From NCBI GenBank assembly GCA_041572755.1, contig JBFFRY010000006.1:11923-75922 (forward strand): a stretch of 64,000 bases of DNA, written 5' to 3'. This document shows, in pieces, positions 47,779-57,406 of the stretch. The number at the start of each line of letters is the position of its first letter. Position 1 is the stretch's first letter. The translations under genes and the position numbers were made by a program. This stretch comes from Acidimicrobiia bacterium. GTDB lineage: Bacteria > Actinomycetota > Acidimicrobiia > Spongiisociales > UBA11373. The notes under the pieces were generated by a model. It ran no database searches. It was given only the letters and a program-made list of their open reading frames with translations, and was not told the origin of the DNA.

Positions 47779-47810
47779 AGGCCTACAGCGGTGGTTGGTA
47801 GCCTGCTTCG

Positions 47811-48275
47811 ATGGTCCAACACGAGCCGCTGCGCCAGCGCTTCCCCTTCTACCTGAGGGGCTTCGGGTTCGGCGCCGCCGCCGGATTGGCCGTGGGGCTG
47901 CTGATCTTCCTGTTCTCATCGGCCGGCCTGTACCGCTCGGTCGGCTATGGCTTCCTCGGACTGGGAACGCTCATGCTGCTCGTCGGTGGGGGCAAGGGAG
48001 GCGGCTACTCCAACCTCGGGTTGGGGGCGATGGGCACGTTGGCCCGCGGCTATCGGGACCGGGGGCACAGCCGGGGGGGACCTGATGATCCCGCGATCGT
48101 GCGGGCGGTCGCCGAGGGTGAGGAGGACTACGGGGTGACGCCCTATGCGGCGGGGGATCCGATGGAACGATTGCGGCGCGGGCTGCGTCCCCCGGCCAAT
48201 CCGACCGCGTTCTGGCAAGTGATCGCCGGAATCGCCTATCTGGGCGTTGGGGTGGCGCTGACGATCTGGCTGTAG
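47811..48275 (+). CDS. Hypothetical membrane protein
   Basis: 154 aa with 3-4 TM helices and Gly-rich loops; no family recognised. Confidence 0.4.
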   Translation: MVQHEPLRQRFPFYLRGFGFGAAAGLAVGLLIFLFSSAGLYRSVGYGFLGLGTLMLLVGGGKGGGYSNLGLGAMGTLARGYRDRGHSRGGPDDPAIVRAVAEGEEDYGVTPYAAGDPMERLRRGLRPPANPTAFWQVIAGIAYLGVGVALTIWL

Positions 48276-48659
48276 TCAGCCGACCCGTCGGCTCAGGGTG
48301 GCGGCGAGGCTCGCGGCGAGCGTTGCGACGGCGGCAACGAGGATCGCCCAGGAACCGAGGCCGACCGAGCCCCCGGCCTGATCGGCCGCCCTGGCTGCAT
48401 CGATCAGTTTGGCGACGGCGAACAGCACCGCCCCACAGGAGAACACCACCGTGAGGAGCGCGACCGGGGTGCGCAGGCCCTCTCTCCGGTCCCCGAGGAT
48501 CGCCGGCAGCAGCACCGGGCCGAGCAGGATGAGGATGGGCCAGGCGTCACCCTCGATGCCGTTGACGGTGCCCTGGGAGGGGAGTGTGAGGAACGGCAGC
48601 AACAGCGAGCCCCCGCTGAGAGCCACCGCGAGCACGGAAAGGGCTCTGGAGTAGTGCAC
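48276..48659 (-). CDS. Small membrane protein, paralog A of a local three-member family
   Basis: 4 TM helices; KLIDAARAADQAGGSVGLGSWAILVAAVATLAASL aligns with the next gene (KFIDASTIADTVAGSVGLGAYLLVAGTGVALAGIV). Confidence 0.5.
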   Translation of the reverse strand: MHYSRALSVLAVALSGGSLLLPFLTLPSQGTVNGIEGDAWPILILLGPVLLPAILGDRREGLRTPVALLTVVFSCGAVLFAVAKLIDAARAADQAGGSVGLGSWAILVAAVATLAASLAATLSRRVG

Positions 48660-48662
48660 CGG

Positions 48663-49367
48663 CTAGGGCGGGGGCTCCCCGCCATGCTCGTCCTCGGGTC
48701 GACCCAGGTCGGGCAGGATCGGACGACGGGCCGTGGGCCCTTCGGGCGGTCGGGGGCGAGTGGAACGAGGCGTCGGCGGCCGGTTCTCGGGCTGCGCAAC
48801 CGGCGTGCTGCCACGCGGCGCTGCACCCTGCGCTGGACCCTGCGCTGCACCCTGCGCTGCACCCTTTGCTGCGGTGGTGGGAGCCGACTTCCCCGAAAGG
48901 GTCGGCGCCGGGGGCCTGGTCGGGTAGGCGCCGCCTTGGGGGAGCCGCATCGCGCCCCGGGTCAATCCGAGCACGATCCCCGCCAGGGCGACGCCCGTGC
49001 CGGCGACGAGAAGGTAGGCACCCAGCCCGACGCTGCCGGCAACGGTGTCGGCGATCGTGGAAGCGTCGATGAACTTGATGATCGCATAGGGGAAGGCGGC
49101 GATCCCGAAGAGGAGTGCCGGCCACCCGAGCGGCGCCGGGACGGGGCGGGAGTGATCCGGGATGAGTGTGATCAGGAAGACCGGAACGAGCAGCAACAAC
49201 GCCGGGAGAGCGTCGGCAGCCACGGAGTGCACGTTGCCGGCTCCGCCGTTGACGAAACGGAGGCTCATTGCCGCCATCGTGACGAGCACGCCGACATCGA
49301 TGACGATTCGCGATGCATGGAAGGCGAGCCGGGAGGGCGGCCGGCGCTGGTTCGAAGAGGTTGTCAT
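48663..49367 (-). CDS. Membrane protein paralog B with Ala/Gln/Gly/Pro-rich disordered C-terminal tail
   Basis: Homologous TM core plus a tail (AAKGAAQGAAQGPAQGAAPRG...) encoded by a 12-bp tandem repeat; the 507-aa track ORF is over-extended. Confidence 0.5.
   Translation of the reverse strand: MTTSSNQRRPPSRLAFHASRIVIDVGVLVTMAAMSLRFVNGGAGNVHSVAADALPALLLLVPVFLITLIPDHSRPVPAPLGWPALLFGIAAFPYAIIKFIDASTIADTVAGSVGLGAYLLVAGTGVALAGIVLGLTRGAMRLPQGGAYPTRPPAPTLSGKSAPTTAAKGAAQGAAQGPAQGAAPRGSTPVAQPENRPPTPRSTRPRPPEGPTARRPILPDLGRPEDEHGGEPPP
48819..48866. repeat. 12-bp tandem repeat x4 (CGCTGCACCCTG), coding
   Basis: cgctgcaccctg / cgctggaccctg / cgctgcaccctg / cgctgcaccctt read directly from the sequence; encodes the QGAA repeats of paralog B. 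Confidence 0.8.
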
Positions 49368-49483
49368 CGGTGCGCCGAGGTTAGCGGCAGCAGGCCGAGG
49401 GGCCGGTCTTCGATCGGGCACGCTCGACCGTTGGGCGGGGCGAGTCGGCACTAGCCTCGGTGCGTCGACTTTGAGGAGGCTGC

Positions 49484-50278
49484 ATGCTGGCGAGACGGCT
49501 GTTGCTCCTCGTGGGGGTGCTGATCGGAGTCGGCGGCCTCTATCTGCGGGAGATCGAGACCGACGCGTCTTTGGTTGAGGCCGTGGGAGGCACCGGCCTG
49601 CCGACGATCTGGCAGAGCTTCTCGGGAGGCGAGCGGGTCGGGGTGGTAGTGGGTGCCTGTCTTCTCGTCGCTGTGGCGTATCGGCCCAGACTGCGGCGAG
49701 TCTGGGATCGGGCGGCGGCCATCGCCGGGGGCCTGCTGGCCGGTGCTGCGATGGTGATGCTCCTCTTCGCCTACCGCGATGCCCAGGGCGATGCCTCGAA
49801 TCTGGGCGAGTTGCTCGACCTCGCCGTCTTCTCCGATCTGATTCCCGAGAGCCCGGGCGCTTCGGCGGGATGGGGATTCTTCGTTTCGATCGGCGGGTTC
49901 TTGGTGGTGGGTGCGGCGTCTGTCTGGGACCTCTTCGCCCGCCGGCCCCCCGACAAACCGGTCCCGAAGCGGACGCCACGACCCGCCGGCAAGCGGAAGG
50001 GACAGCCTGCCGGCAAGCGGAAGGGACAACCCGCCCGAAAGCGGCCGCCGGCGAGCGCGGCCGGCCGACCCCCGGCACGCGCCGCAACGGCGGCCAATCC
50101 GAGCCCCCGCATGAAGCCGGCCACCTCGACCCGGGGAGCCGCGCAGTCCGGCCACAAGCCGCCGCAACGACGGGAAGCGGCTCCACCGCAACAGCGACCG
50201 CGGCCCGCCGAAGGGCCGCCGCGCTCAGTCGAGGAAGCGGACGGCCCCGCCGTCGAGGGAGGCGATCCGGACGATTGA
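49484..50278 (+). CDS. Membrane protein paralog C with Lys/Arg/Pro-rich disordered C-terminal tail
   Basis: 4 TM core similar to paralogs A and B (ESPGASAGWGFFVSIGGFLVVGAASV); tail PAGKRKGQPAGKRKGQPARKRP encoded by a 24-bp tandem repeat. Confidence 0.5.
   Translation: MLARRLLLLVGVLIGVGGLYLREIETDASLVEAVGGTGLPTIWQSFSGGERVGVVVGACLLVAVAYRPRLRRVWDRAAAIAGGLLAGAAMVMLLFAYRDAQGDASNLGELLDLAVFSDLIPESPGASAGWGFFVSIGGFLVVGAASVWDLFARRPPDKPVPKRTPRPAGKRKGQPAGKRKGQPARKRPPASAAGRPPARAATAANPSPRMKPATSTRGAAQSGHKPPQRREAAPPQQRPRPAEGPPRSVEEADGPAVEGGDPDD
49982..50049. repeat. 24-bp tandem repeat x2.8 (CCTGCCGGCAAGCGGAAGGGACAG), coding
   Basis: Two full copies plus a degenerate third, read directly from the sequence; encodes PAGKRKGQ repeats. 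Confidence 0.8.
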
Positions 50279-50803
50279 GGCGACGTCCCAGCCGTGGGAC
50301 TCGAGTCGGCCTCGTCCCTGCTGGAAGGACTTCTCGATGACGAACCCGAAGCCGATCACCGTGCCGGCCGCCTCCTCGGTGATCTCCCCCAGTGCCTCAG
50401 AGGTGCGGCCGCCGGCGAGGAAGTCGTCGACGATCAGCACCCGGTGCCCGGCGGTGAGGACGCGACGGGAGACCTCGACCCGATACTCGATGCCCCGGGT
50501 CGGCGAGTGGACCTCACGAGCGAAGGCGTGCCGATCACCGGGGCCGAGGTACTTCTTGGCATAGATAAGCGGAACACCGAGGGTGGTGGCACAGGCCATG
50601 CCCGGTGGAATGCCGCTCGCCTCTGCGGTCATCACGAGGTCCGGGGCTTCGGGGGCGAAACGCTCGGCGAGATCGGCGCCCACCGCACCGAGCAACTCGG
50701 GGTCGACGCGATGATTCAGGAACCCGTCGACCATCAGCAGCGGCCCCTCGACGCGACCTTCGGTGAGGATCCTGTCGCGGAGGAGATCGGCGCCGCGACT
50801 CAT
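50225..50803 (-). CDS. xpt: Xanthine phosphoribosyltransferase
   Basis: XPRT N-terminus LLMVDGFLNHRVDPELL and PRPP-binding motif VLIVDDFLAGGRT; 192 aa from the internal ATG. Confidence 0.8.
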   Translation of the reverse strand: MSRGADLLRDRILTEGRVEGPLLMVDGFLNHRVDPELLGAVGADLAERFAPEAPDLVMTAEASGIPPGMACATTLGVPLIYAKKYLGPGDRHAFAREVHSPTRGIEYRVEVSRRVLTAGHRVLIVDDFLAGGRTSEALGEITEEAAGTVIGFGFVIEKSFQQGRGRLESHGWDVASIVRIASLDGGAVRFLD

Positions 50804-50881
50804 CGGATGGAAGGTGACTGCAGCAAGAGGCAGAAGCGTACCCGATGGGTGGGGGCGATCCCCCGTTACCATCGCCGCGCC

Positions 50882-51550
50882 ATGCCCGATCAACCAGTTC
50901 CCGGACCCGAGCAGCGTCGCCACGCCCGAGTGGTGCTGGGGCGGCTCAAGAAGCGTTACCCCGAGATCGCCACGGCACTCACCTATCGGGACCCGTGGCA
51001 ATTGCTGGTGGCCACGGTCCTCAGCGCCCAGACGACGGATGAGAACGTGAACGGGGTCACCCCGGTGCTGTTCGATCTTTGGCCGGGGCCGGAGGACCTG
51101 GCGACCGCCGACCCAGAAGCCGTGGAGCAGGTGGTGTACTCGACCGGCTACTACCGCCAGAAGACGAAGTCGATCATCGCTCTCAGTGAGGACCTCGTCG
51201 ACCGATTCGAGGCCGAGGTTCCGGCCGATCTCGATGCGCTCGTGACCCTGCGGGGGGTGGGTCGCAAGACCGCCAGCGTCGTGCTGGCGGAGGCCTTCGG
51301 GATACCGGCGATCGCGGTGGACACCCACGTGAAGAGAGTCGCCGGGCGGCTGGGGCTCACCGAATCCACGGACCCCACCGAGATCGAGTTCGACCTGCGG
51401 GCGCTCTATCGAGAGGGGGAGTGGCCGGGCATCTCGATGCGCTTCATCCAGTTCGGGCGCGAGATCTGCGATGCTCGGCGTCCGGTGTGTTGGGAGTGCC
51501 CGCTCCGGGATCGTTGCCGGTATCCCGACAAGGCCCAGCCGCCGCCGTGA
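50882..51550 (+). CDS. nth: Endonuclease III
   Basis: HhH-GPD motif (LVTLRGVGRKTASVVL) and C-terminal 4Fe-4S Cys cluster (CDARRPVCWECPLRDRC). Confidence 0.9.
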   Translation: MPDQPVPGPEQRRHARVVLGRLKKRYPEIATALTYRDPWQLLVATVLSAQTTDENVNGVTPVLFDLWPGPEDLATADPEAVEQVVYSTGYYRQKTKSIIALSEDLVDRFEAEVPADLDALVTLRGVGRKTASVVLAEAFGIPAIAVDTHVKRVAGRLGLTESTDPTEIEFDLRALYREGEWPGISMRFIQFGREICDARRPVCWECPLRDRCRYPDKAQPPP

Positions 51551-52851
51551 GCGTCTGGGCGCTGCGCGGCCGTCACGACCGCGAGATCGCCGTGCTGGCG
51601 CTGCCGGCACTGGGGTCCTTGGTGGCCGATCCGCTCCTCAGCCTGATCGACACGGCGTTCGTCGGCCGCCTGGGTGCCGATGCTTTGGGGGCACTGGGGG
51701 TTTCCGCCGCCGTGTTCGCCGTGGCCTTCTTTTCGTTCAACTTCCTCGAGTACGGAACCACTTCGCTGGTGGCACGTGCGGTGGGGGCCGGTGACCAAGC
51801 CAAGGCGATGCGGGCATCCGTGACTGCGCTGGGGTTGGCCGTCGGTTCGGGTGTCGTGGCCCTCACGGTCCTCGAGTTGTTCACCGGCCCGATCCTGACG
51901 GCGATGGGTGCCACCGACGGGGTTCGCTCCCAAGCGCTCTCCTACGTCCGCATCCGGGCCTTGGCCGCCCCGGCGGTGCTGGTGATGCGGGCCGGCCACG
52001 GCATCTACCGGGGGCACCAGAACACGAGTACCCCGTTCCGCATCACTGCGGCCATCAACGCCATCAATCTGGTGCTCGATCCGCTTCTCATCTTCGGGGC
52101 CGGGTGGGACATCCGCGGCGCCGCCTGGGCGACCGTCATCGCCCAGTCGATCGGCGCGGTCTGGTTCGTGGCCACGCTGCTGCGGCGCGGTGAATTGCGT
52201 GTGGGGAGATTGGCTCTGACGGAGTTGGCACCGTTCCTGCGCGCCGGCCGCGATCTCACGATCCGCACGGCGTCGCTTCTGGCGGTCTTCACGCTCGGGA
52301 CGGCGGTGGCGACCCGCATCTCGGAGACTGCGGTGGCGGCTCATCAGGTGGTGTGGCAGCTCTGGGTGTTCCTGGCTCTGGCGGTCGACGCGCTGGCCAT
52401 TGCCGCCCAGGCCCTGGTGGGCCGGCTGGTCGGCGCCGGTGCCGGTGCCGAAGCCCGGGAGGTGGCCGACCGACTGATCGTCCTGGGGATCGCGGTGGGA
52501 GCCGTCCTGGCGTTGGGTCTCGCTGCGGTCGCCGGGCCGTTGCCGCAGTGGTTCACCGATGATCCCGCCGTGGTGAGCGCCATCCGATCGATCTATTGGT
52601 TTCTCGTCGCCGGGATGGTTCCCTCGGCGGTCGTCTTCGTGTGGGATGGCGTGTTCTTCGGGGTGGGCGACTTTGCGTTCCTGGCGGCGGCCATGGCCGG
52701 GTCGGCCGTCCTGGCGGGGGGAACGATGCTGCTGGTTCTGCCGCTGGAGGTGGGCCTCTCCGGGGTGTGGTGGTCGGTGATGATGCTCACCGGGCTGCGC
52801 CTGCTCACCCTGTGGTGGCGGCGGTTCACTCTGCGGGGGCCGCTGGGGTGA
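51547..52851 (+). CDS. MATE family efflux transporter
   Basis: Twelve TM helices; MATE N-terminal motif DREIAVLALPALGSLVADPLLSLIDTAFVGRLG; GTGA overlap with nth. Confidence 0.8.
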   Translation: MSVWALRGRHDREIAVLALPALGSLVADPLLSLIDTAFVGRLGADALGALGVSAAVFAVAFFSFNFLEYGTTSLVARAVGAGDQAKAMRASVTALGLAVGSGVVALTVLELFTGPILTAMGATDGVRSQALSYVRIRALAAPAVLVMRAGHGIYRGHQNTSTPFRITAAINAINLVLDPLLIFGAGWDIRGAAWATVIAQSIGAVWFVATLLRRGELRVGRLALTELAPFLRAGRDLTIRTASLLAVFTLGTAVATRISETAVAAHQVVWQLWVFLALAVDALAIAAQALVGRLVGAGAGAEAREVADRLIVLGIAVGAVLALGLAAVAGPLPQWFTDDPAVVSAIRSIYWFLVAGMVPSAVVFVWDGVFFGVGDFAFLAAAMAGSAVLAGGTMLLVLPLEVGLSGVWWSVMMLTGLRLLTLWWRRFTLRGPLG

Positions 52852-54058
52852 GGACGGCTCCCCGCGTCTCCGGGAGCAACGAGATGAGCGCCGCCGAAGC
52901 GAGCACCACGGCGCCGAGCGCGGCCATCGTGATCGGGACGCCCCAGGCGTCCACGACGAACCGGCCGGCTCCGAACCCGGCGAGACCCCCGAAGATCCCG
53001 GCGTTGCTCAGCCAGGCGCCCGCAGTGGCCCGCACGTCGGTTGGGAACAGCTCCGCCCGGTGGGAGGTGAAGGCGGGGCCGAAGGCGGCCGCCCCGAGCA
53101 TGGAGAAGAAGATCCCCACCGCCATCACCCATCCGATCTCTGAGAAGTAGAAGGCGAGGCCGCCGGCGACCCCGACGAACAGGGAGACGACCTCGGCGGG
53201 TTTGCGGCCGATGAGGTCGGCGGCCCGACCTCCGCCGAGCAGGCCGAGAATCACCGCCGGGGCACTGGTGGCGGCCAGCATGATCGAAGCGGTGAAGGCG
53301 CTCCATCCCAGTTCGTTCTCGAGACGGACCAGAGCGAGGTTGGCGGCCGGCCCGGAGAACGCCGCCAGCGCAAAGGACATCGCAGCCATCGGCCAGAAGT
53401 AGCGGGCGTGGCGCCCTCGGAGAGCGGCCGACAGGGGCGGCTGCTCCTCGTGGCGGGCAAAGGCGCGTGACTCCTGCAACCTCAGGATGACGATGGGTAC
53501 CGCCAGGAGGGGCAGGGCGCTCATTCCGAAGAGCAGGCGCCAGGCCTCGTCGCTCATCTCCCCGACCTGGCGCACGAGGAGGCCGAAGCCGGTGCCCATG
53601 CTCACGACGAGGGCGTAGCAGCCCAGGACGTAGCCGCGGACGAGAGGATTGACCTCTTCGGCCAGGAGGACCAGCGCCAGGGCTCCGGCGGCGCTGGAAC
53701 CGAGCCGGGCCACCGACTGCAGGGCGGTGAAGGCGGCCGCCGTGGGGGCGAAGGCGGTCGCCAGGTTGGCGGCGGCGAGGGTGACGAGGGCGAGGATGAG
53801 GGGCCGACGTCGGCCGCCGCGATCTCCCCACCACGAAAGGAGCAGGGCGAGGAGGGCCACGGCTCGAACGATGGCCAGGAGATCGAAGATGGCGGCGTCG
53901 CTGAGATCGAAGGTCTCCCTGACGAACGGCAGGGTGTGGGTGATCACCGTTCCGGTCCATCCCTGGGAGAACGCCACGATCGCCATGAGCCCCAGGATGC
54001 GGAGCTCGCGTCGCTGCAACGGGACGGGTGGCTTCAGGTGCTCGAGCGCCGACTTCAT
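52826..54058 (-). CDS. MFS transporter
   Basis: Twelve TM helices; MFS loop motif GDRGGRRRP; convergent with the MATE gene. Confidence 0.8.
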   Translation of the reverse strand: MKSALEHLKPPVPLQRRELRILGLMAIVAFSQGWTGTVITHTLPFVRETFDLSDAAIFDLLAIVRAVALLALLLSWWGDRGGRRRPLILALVTLAAANLATAFAPTAAAFTALQSVARLGSSAAGALALVLLAEEVNPLVRGYVLGCYALVVSMGTGFGLLVRQVGEMSDEAWRLLFGMSALPLLAVPIVILRLQESRAFARHEEQPPLSAALRGRHARYFWPMAAMSFALAAFSGPAANLALVRLENELGWSAFTASIMLAATSAPAVILGLLGGGRAADLIGRKPAEVVSLFVGVAGGLAFYFSEIGWVMAVGIFFSMLGAAAFGPAFTSHRAELFPTDVRATAGAWLSNAGIFGGLAGFGAGRFVVDAWGVPITMAALGAVVLASAALISLLPETRGAVLTPAAPAE

Positions 54059-54167
54059 CGGTCGCGGCGGGAGGGGGCCATCGGCGGCGAGGTTACCCGG
54101 CGCCGGTCGTTGGGAACAGCCCGGGAGCGGTTAGCGTTGTTAGGCCGAACCGAAACCGGGGTTTTGC

Positions 54168-54914
54168 GTGGAGATCTCGAACGTCAACCTGTTTGCCGCC
54201 CTGGCCTTCGGGGCGATGTCGTTCCTCTCACCGTGCGTGCTCCCGCTTCTGCCCGGCTACTTGAGCATGATGTCGGGCTACTCGGCCCAGGACATGGCCG
54301 AGGGGAGGGTGTCCCGGGTCCGCATGTTCCGGGTGACGGTGCTGTTCGTGGCCGGCTTCACCCTCGTGTTCGTGGCGCTCGGGGCCACTGCGACCTCGTT
54401 GGGCCGCTCGCTGCTCCGCAACCAGAACACCATCACCACAGTGGCGGGCTGGGTGGTGCTCTCCATGGGGCTGTTCATTGCGATCACGGCGCTGTGGAAT
54501 CCCACGCTGCTGATGCCCTTCATGCGGGAGCGCCGTGTCGAAGTTCGGCCGTCGCGTCTCGGCAACTGGGCCCCCCCGGTGATGGGAGCCGCCTTCGGCT
54601 TTGGTTGGACGCCGTGCATCGGGCCCACCCTGGGTGCCATCCTCGGCGTGGCGGCCACCGAGGAGACGGTGCTGGAAGGGATGGTGCTGCTCTTCGTCTA
54701 CTCGCTGGGCCTCGGCATCCCCTTCGTGCTCGCCGGGCTCGGCATCGACCGGGCCTATGGAGCCTTCGGGTGGTTCCGGCGCCGTCTCAAGCCGATCACC
54801 GTGATTTCGGGTGTGCTCCTCGCCGGTTTCGGGTGGCTCATGATCTCCGGCAATCTGGTCGAACTGAACCGTTGGTTCCAGGAGCGCTTGCCCTCCTGGC
54901 TCTGGAACGTCTGA
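54168..54914 (+). CDS. ccdA: Cytochrome c-type biogenesis protein CcdA (DsbD family)
   Basis: Six TM helices with the two conserved Cys (FLSPCVLPLLPGY ... GWTPCIGPTLG). Confidence 0.8.
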   Translation: MEISNVNLFAALAFGAMSFLSPCVLPLLPGYLSMMSGYSAQDMAEGRVSRVRMFRVTVLFVAGFTLVFVALGATATSLGRSLLRNQNTITTVAGWVVLSMGLFIAITALWNPTLLMPFMRERRVEVRPSRLGNWAPPVMGAAFGFGWTPCIGPTLGAILGVAATEETVLEGMVLLFVYSLGLGIPFVLAGLGIDRAYGAFGWFRRRLKPITVISGVLLAGFGWLMISGNLVELNRWFQERLPSWLWNV

Positions 54915-54936
54915 GCCCCCGCCTACGCTGTGCGCC

Positions 54937-56403
54937 ATGCGAGTGACCCCGTCGCGGGATGACTTCCTGCGCCTCGCCGATGAGCACGCCATCGTTCCGG
55001 TCCGACTCGAAGTCTTGGGCGACCGCCACACCCCGGTGAGCGCCTTCGAGAGTCTGGCCGGCGAGGGGCCGGCGTTCCTCCTGGAGTCCGTTGAAGGTGG
55101 GGAGCGCTGGGCACGCTGGTCGTTCGTGGGATGGGATCCGCTGTTCGTGCTGCTTTCCGAAGGCGGATCCTCGCGGGTGGAGGGCGCCTCCGTCGAGATC
55201 CCGGACGCAGATCCGCTGACGGTGCTCGAGACGGTGGTTCACGGGCTGCAGGCACCGGACCTCGACGGGCTTCCGCCGCTCCACACCGGGCTGGTCGGGT
55301 ACCTCGGCTACGACGTCGTGCGCTACATCGAGAACCTCCCAAAGCCCCCACCCGACGACCGCGGTCTGCCGGAGATGATGTGGCAGGCGGTGGGTTCGCT
55401 GGCGGCGATCGATCGCTTCGCCCAGACGATCACCCTGATCCGCAACGTGCTGGTCGGTGACGATCCCGGCGGGTCCTACGACGCTGCGGTCGATGAACTG
55501 GCGAGCCTGCAGGAACGGCTCGGTGGACCCGGGCTGCGGTCGGCCCCGGCGGTGAGCCGGTTCGATCCGCTCGCTCCTGCGGGGACCTCGCTGGACAGGG
55601 GGGCGTACATGGCCGCCGTGGAGCGTTCGGTGCGTTACATCGAGGCCGGCGACGCCTTCCAGGTCGTACCTTCGGTGCGCTTCGAGGTGCCCTTCGACGG
55701 GGATCCGTTTGCGGTGTATCGGGCGCTGCGGCTCGTCAACCCTTCGCCCTACATGTTCTTCCTGCGATACGGATCGCTGGCGATCGCCGGGTCGTCCCCC
55801 GAGTTGATGGTGCGGGTCCGCGACGGGAAGGTGTCGAGCCGCCCCATCGCCGGGACCCGTCCCCGTGGTGCGGATGCGGAGGAGGATGCGGCGCTGGAGG
55901 GGGAGCTGGTATCCGACCCCAAGGAGCGAGCCGAGCACGTGATGCTGGTCGACCTGGCCCGCAACGATGTCGGCCGGGTGGCCGAGTTCGGGACGGTGTC
56001 GGTCGACGACCTGATGGTGGTGGAGCGCTACTCGCACGTCATGCACCTGGTGTCGGGCGTGTCGGGGACGCTCCGCAGCGATGCCGGTCCGGTGGATGTC
56101 CTTCGGGCGACTTTCCCTCACGGCACCGTGAGCGGGGCACCAAAGGTGCGGGCGATGGAGATCATCGATGAGTTGGAGCCGGTGGCGCGCGGACCGTATG
56201 CCGGAGCGGCCGGGTACATCGACTTCTCCGGCAATCTCGACACCGCGATCGCATTGCGCACAATGGTGACCGACGGTGCGACGGCCTGGGTGCAGGCGGG
56301 AGCGGGTGTGGTGGCCGACAGCGTGCCCGCGTCGGAGTGGGAGGAGTGCGTCGCCAAGGCTGCTGCGGTCCTGGCGGCCATCGGAACCGCCGGGGAGATT
56401 TGA
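54937..56403 (+). CDS. trpE: Anthranilate synthase component I
   Basis: Chorismate-binding family; LLESVEGGERWARWSF (Trp feedback site) and catalytic GAAGYIDFSGNLDTAIALRT. Confidence 0.9.
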   Translation: MRVTPSRDDFLRLADEHAIVPVRLEVLGDRHTPVSAFESLAGEGPAFLLESVEGGERWARWSFVGWDPLFVLLSEGGSSRVEGASVEIPDADPLTVLETVVHGLQAPDLDGLPPLHTGLVGYLGYDVVRYIENLPKPPPDDRGLPEMMWQAVGSLAAIDRFAQTITLIRNVLVGDDPGGSYDAAVDELASLQERLGGPGLRSAPAVSRFDPLAPAGTSLDRGAYMAAVERSVRYIEAGDAFQVVPSVRFEVPFDGDPFAVYRALRLVNPSPYMFFLRYGSLAIAGSSPELMVRVRDGKVSSRPIAGTRPRGADAEEDAALEGELVSDPKERAEHVMLVDLARNDVGRVAEFGTVSVDDLMVVERYSHVMHLVSGVSGTLRSDAGPVDVLRATFPHGTVSGAPKVRAMEIIDELEPVARGPYAGAAGYIDFSGNLDTAIALRTMVTDGATAWVQAGAGVVADSVPASEWEECVAKAAAVLAAIGTAGEI

Positions 56404-56404
56404 G

Positions 56405-57358
56405 ATGCCTGACTCATATGGGAATGTGACGGCCGAGTACCTGGCAATTCGCAACGCGGCCGGCGTGGTCTCCGGTCGGCGAGAGATCGTGTGGGTCCGG
56501 GGAAGCGATGCGGTGACCTTCCTCGACGGCCAGCTGAGTCAGGACGTCGCCGCGATCGCGCCGGGGGAGGTGGCTCGTTCGCTGCTGCTCGAGCCGCGCG
56601 GCAAGCTGCGGGCCGTGCTCTGGGTGCTGGCCGGCGACCAAGAGGTCGGGCTGGTTGCCGACGTCGATCGCGGCGGTGTCGTGCTCGAGGACCTCGAGCG
56701 GTTTCGTTTCCGGGTCGAGGTGACGCTGGAGATCGAGGAGGCACCGATCGTCGAGGTGTGGGGCCCGTCGGCCGAACGGGTGCTCCAAGCTGCAGGGATC
56801 GAGCCGCCGCCGGGCTGGGCCGCCTCCGGCGGTGTGACGGCGGCCCGGATTCCGCTCGGGGTCCTCCCGAGGTTCCTGTTGACCGGGGTCGGCGAGGAGG
56901 CCTTGGTGGCGGCGGGGGCGACCCGCATCGGGGCTCTGGCCGCGGAATCGGTGCGCATCGAGGCCGGCGAGCCGGTGGCCGGCACCGATGTGGACGAGTC
57001 CACGATCCCCCAAGAGTCGGGTCTGGTCGAGGAATCGGTGTCGTTCACCAAGGGCTGCTACCTGGGGCAGGAACTGGTGGCCAGGATCGATGCCCGCGGC
57101 CACGTCAACCGCCACTTGCGCGGCGTCGTCATCGCCGAGAGCGTCATCCCGCCGCCGGGCTCCGAGATCGATTTCGGGGGTGACACGGTCGGTACGCTGA
57201 GTTCGGTTGCCGAGTCGCTCACGTTGCGGGCTCCGATCGGCTTGGCGCTCGTGCGCCGGGAGGTTGCGCCGGGCGCCGAGGTCACCGTGCGCTGGGGCGA
57301 TCGAGTTGTTGCGGGGAAGATCGAGGAGCTTCCTTTCGATGATTTCGCTCGTCCTTAA
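56405..57358 (+). CDS. ygfZ: YgfZ/GcvT-like folate-binding protein
   Basis: Aminomethyltransferase-like fold with the YgfZ signature KGCYLGQE (FTKGCYLGQELVARI); ATG 1 nt after the trpE stop. Confidence 0.75.
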   Translation: MPDSYGNVTAEYLAIRNAAGVVSGRREIVWVRGSDAVTFLDGQLSQDVAAIAPGEVARSLLLEPRGKLRAVLWVLAGDQEVGLVADVDRGGVVLEDLERFRFRVEVTLEIEEAPIVEVWGPSAERVLQAAGIEPPPGWAASGGVTAARIPLGVLPRFLLTGVGEEALVAAGATRIGALAAESVRIEAGEPVAGTDVDESTIPQESGLVEESVSFTKGCYLGQELVARIDARGHVNRHLRGVVIAESVIPPPGSEIDFGGDTVGTLSSVAESLTLRAPIGLALVRREVAPGAEVTVRWGDRVVAGKIEELPFDDFARP

Positions 57359-57406
57359 CACTCTTCGAACGCCACGGCCCGATGATTGGGACCGAAGGAG
57401 ACGGTG

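Noticed and set aside
48819-50049. Tandem repeats considered as possible CRISPR or other non-coding repeat arrays
   Set aside because: The units are 12 bp and 24 bp. They are contiguous with no unique spacers. They lie in-frame inside ORFs encoding low-complexity protein tails. They are not CRISPR.
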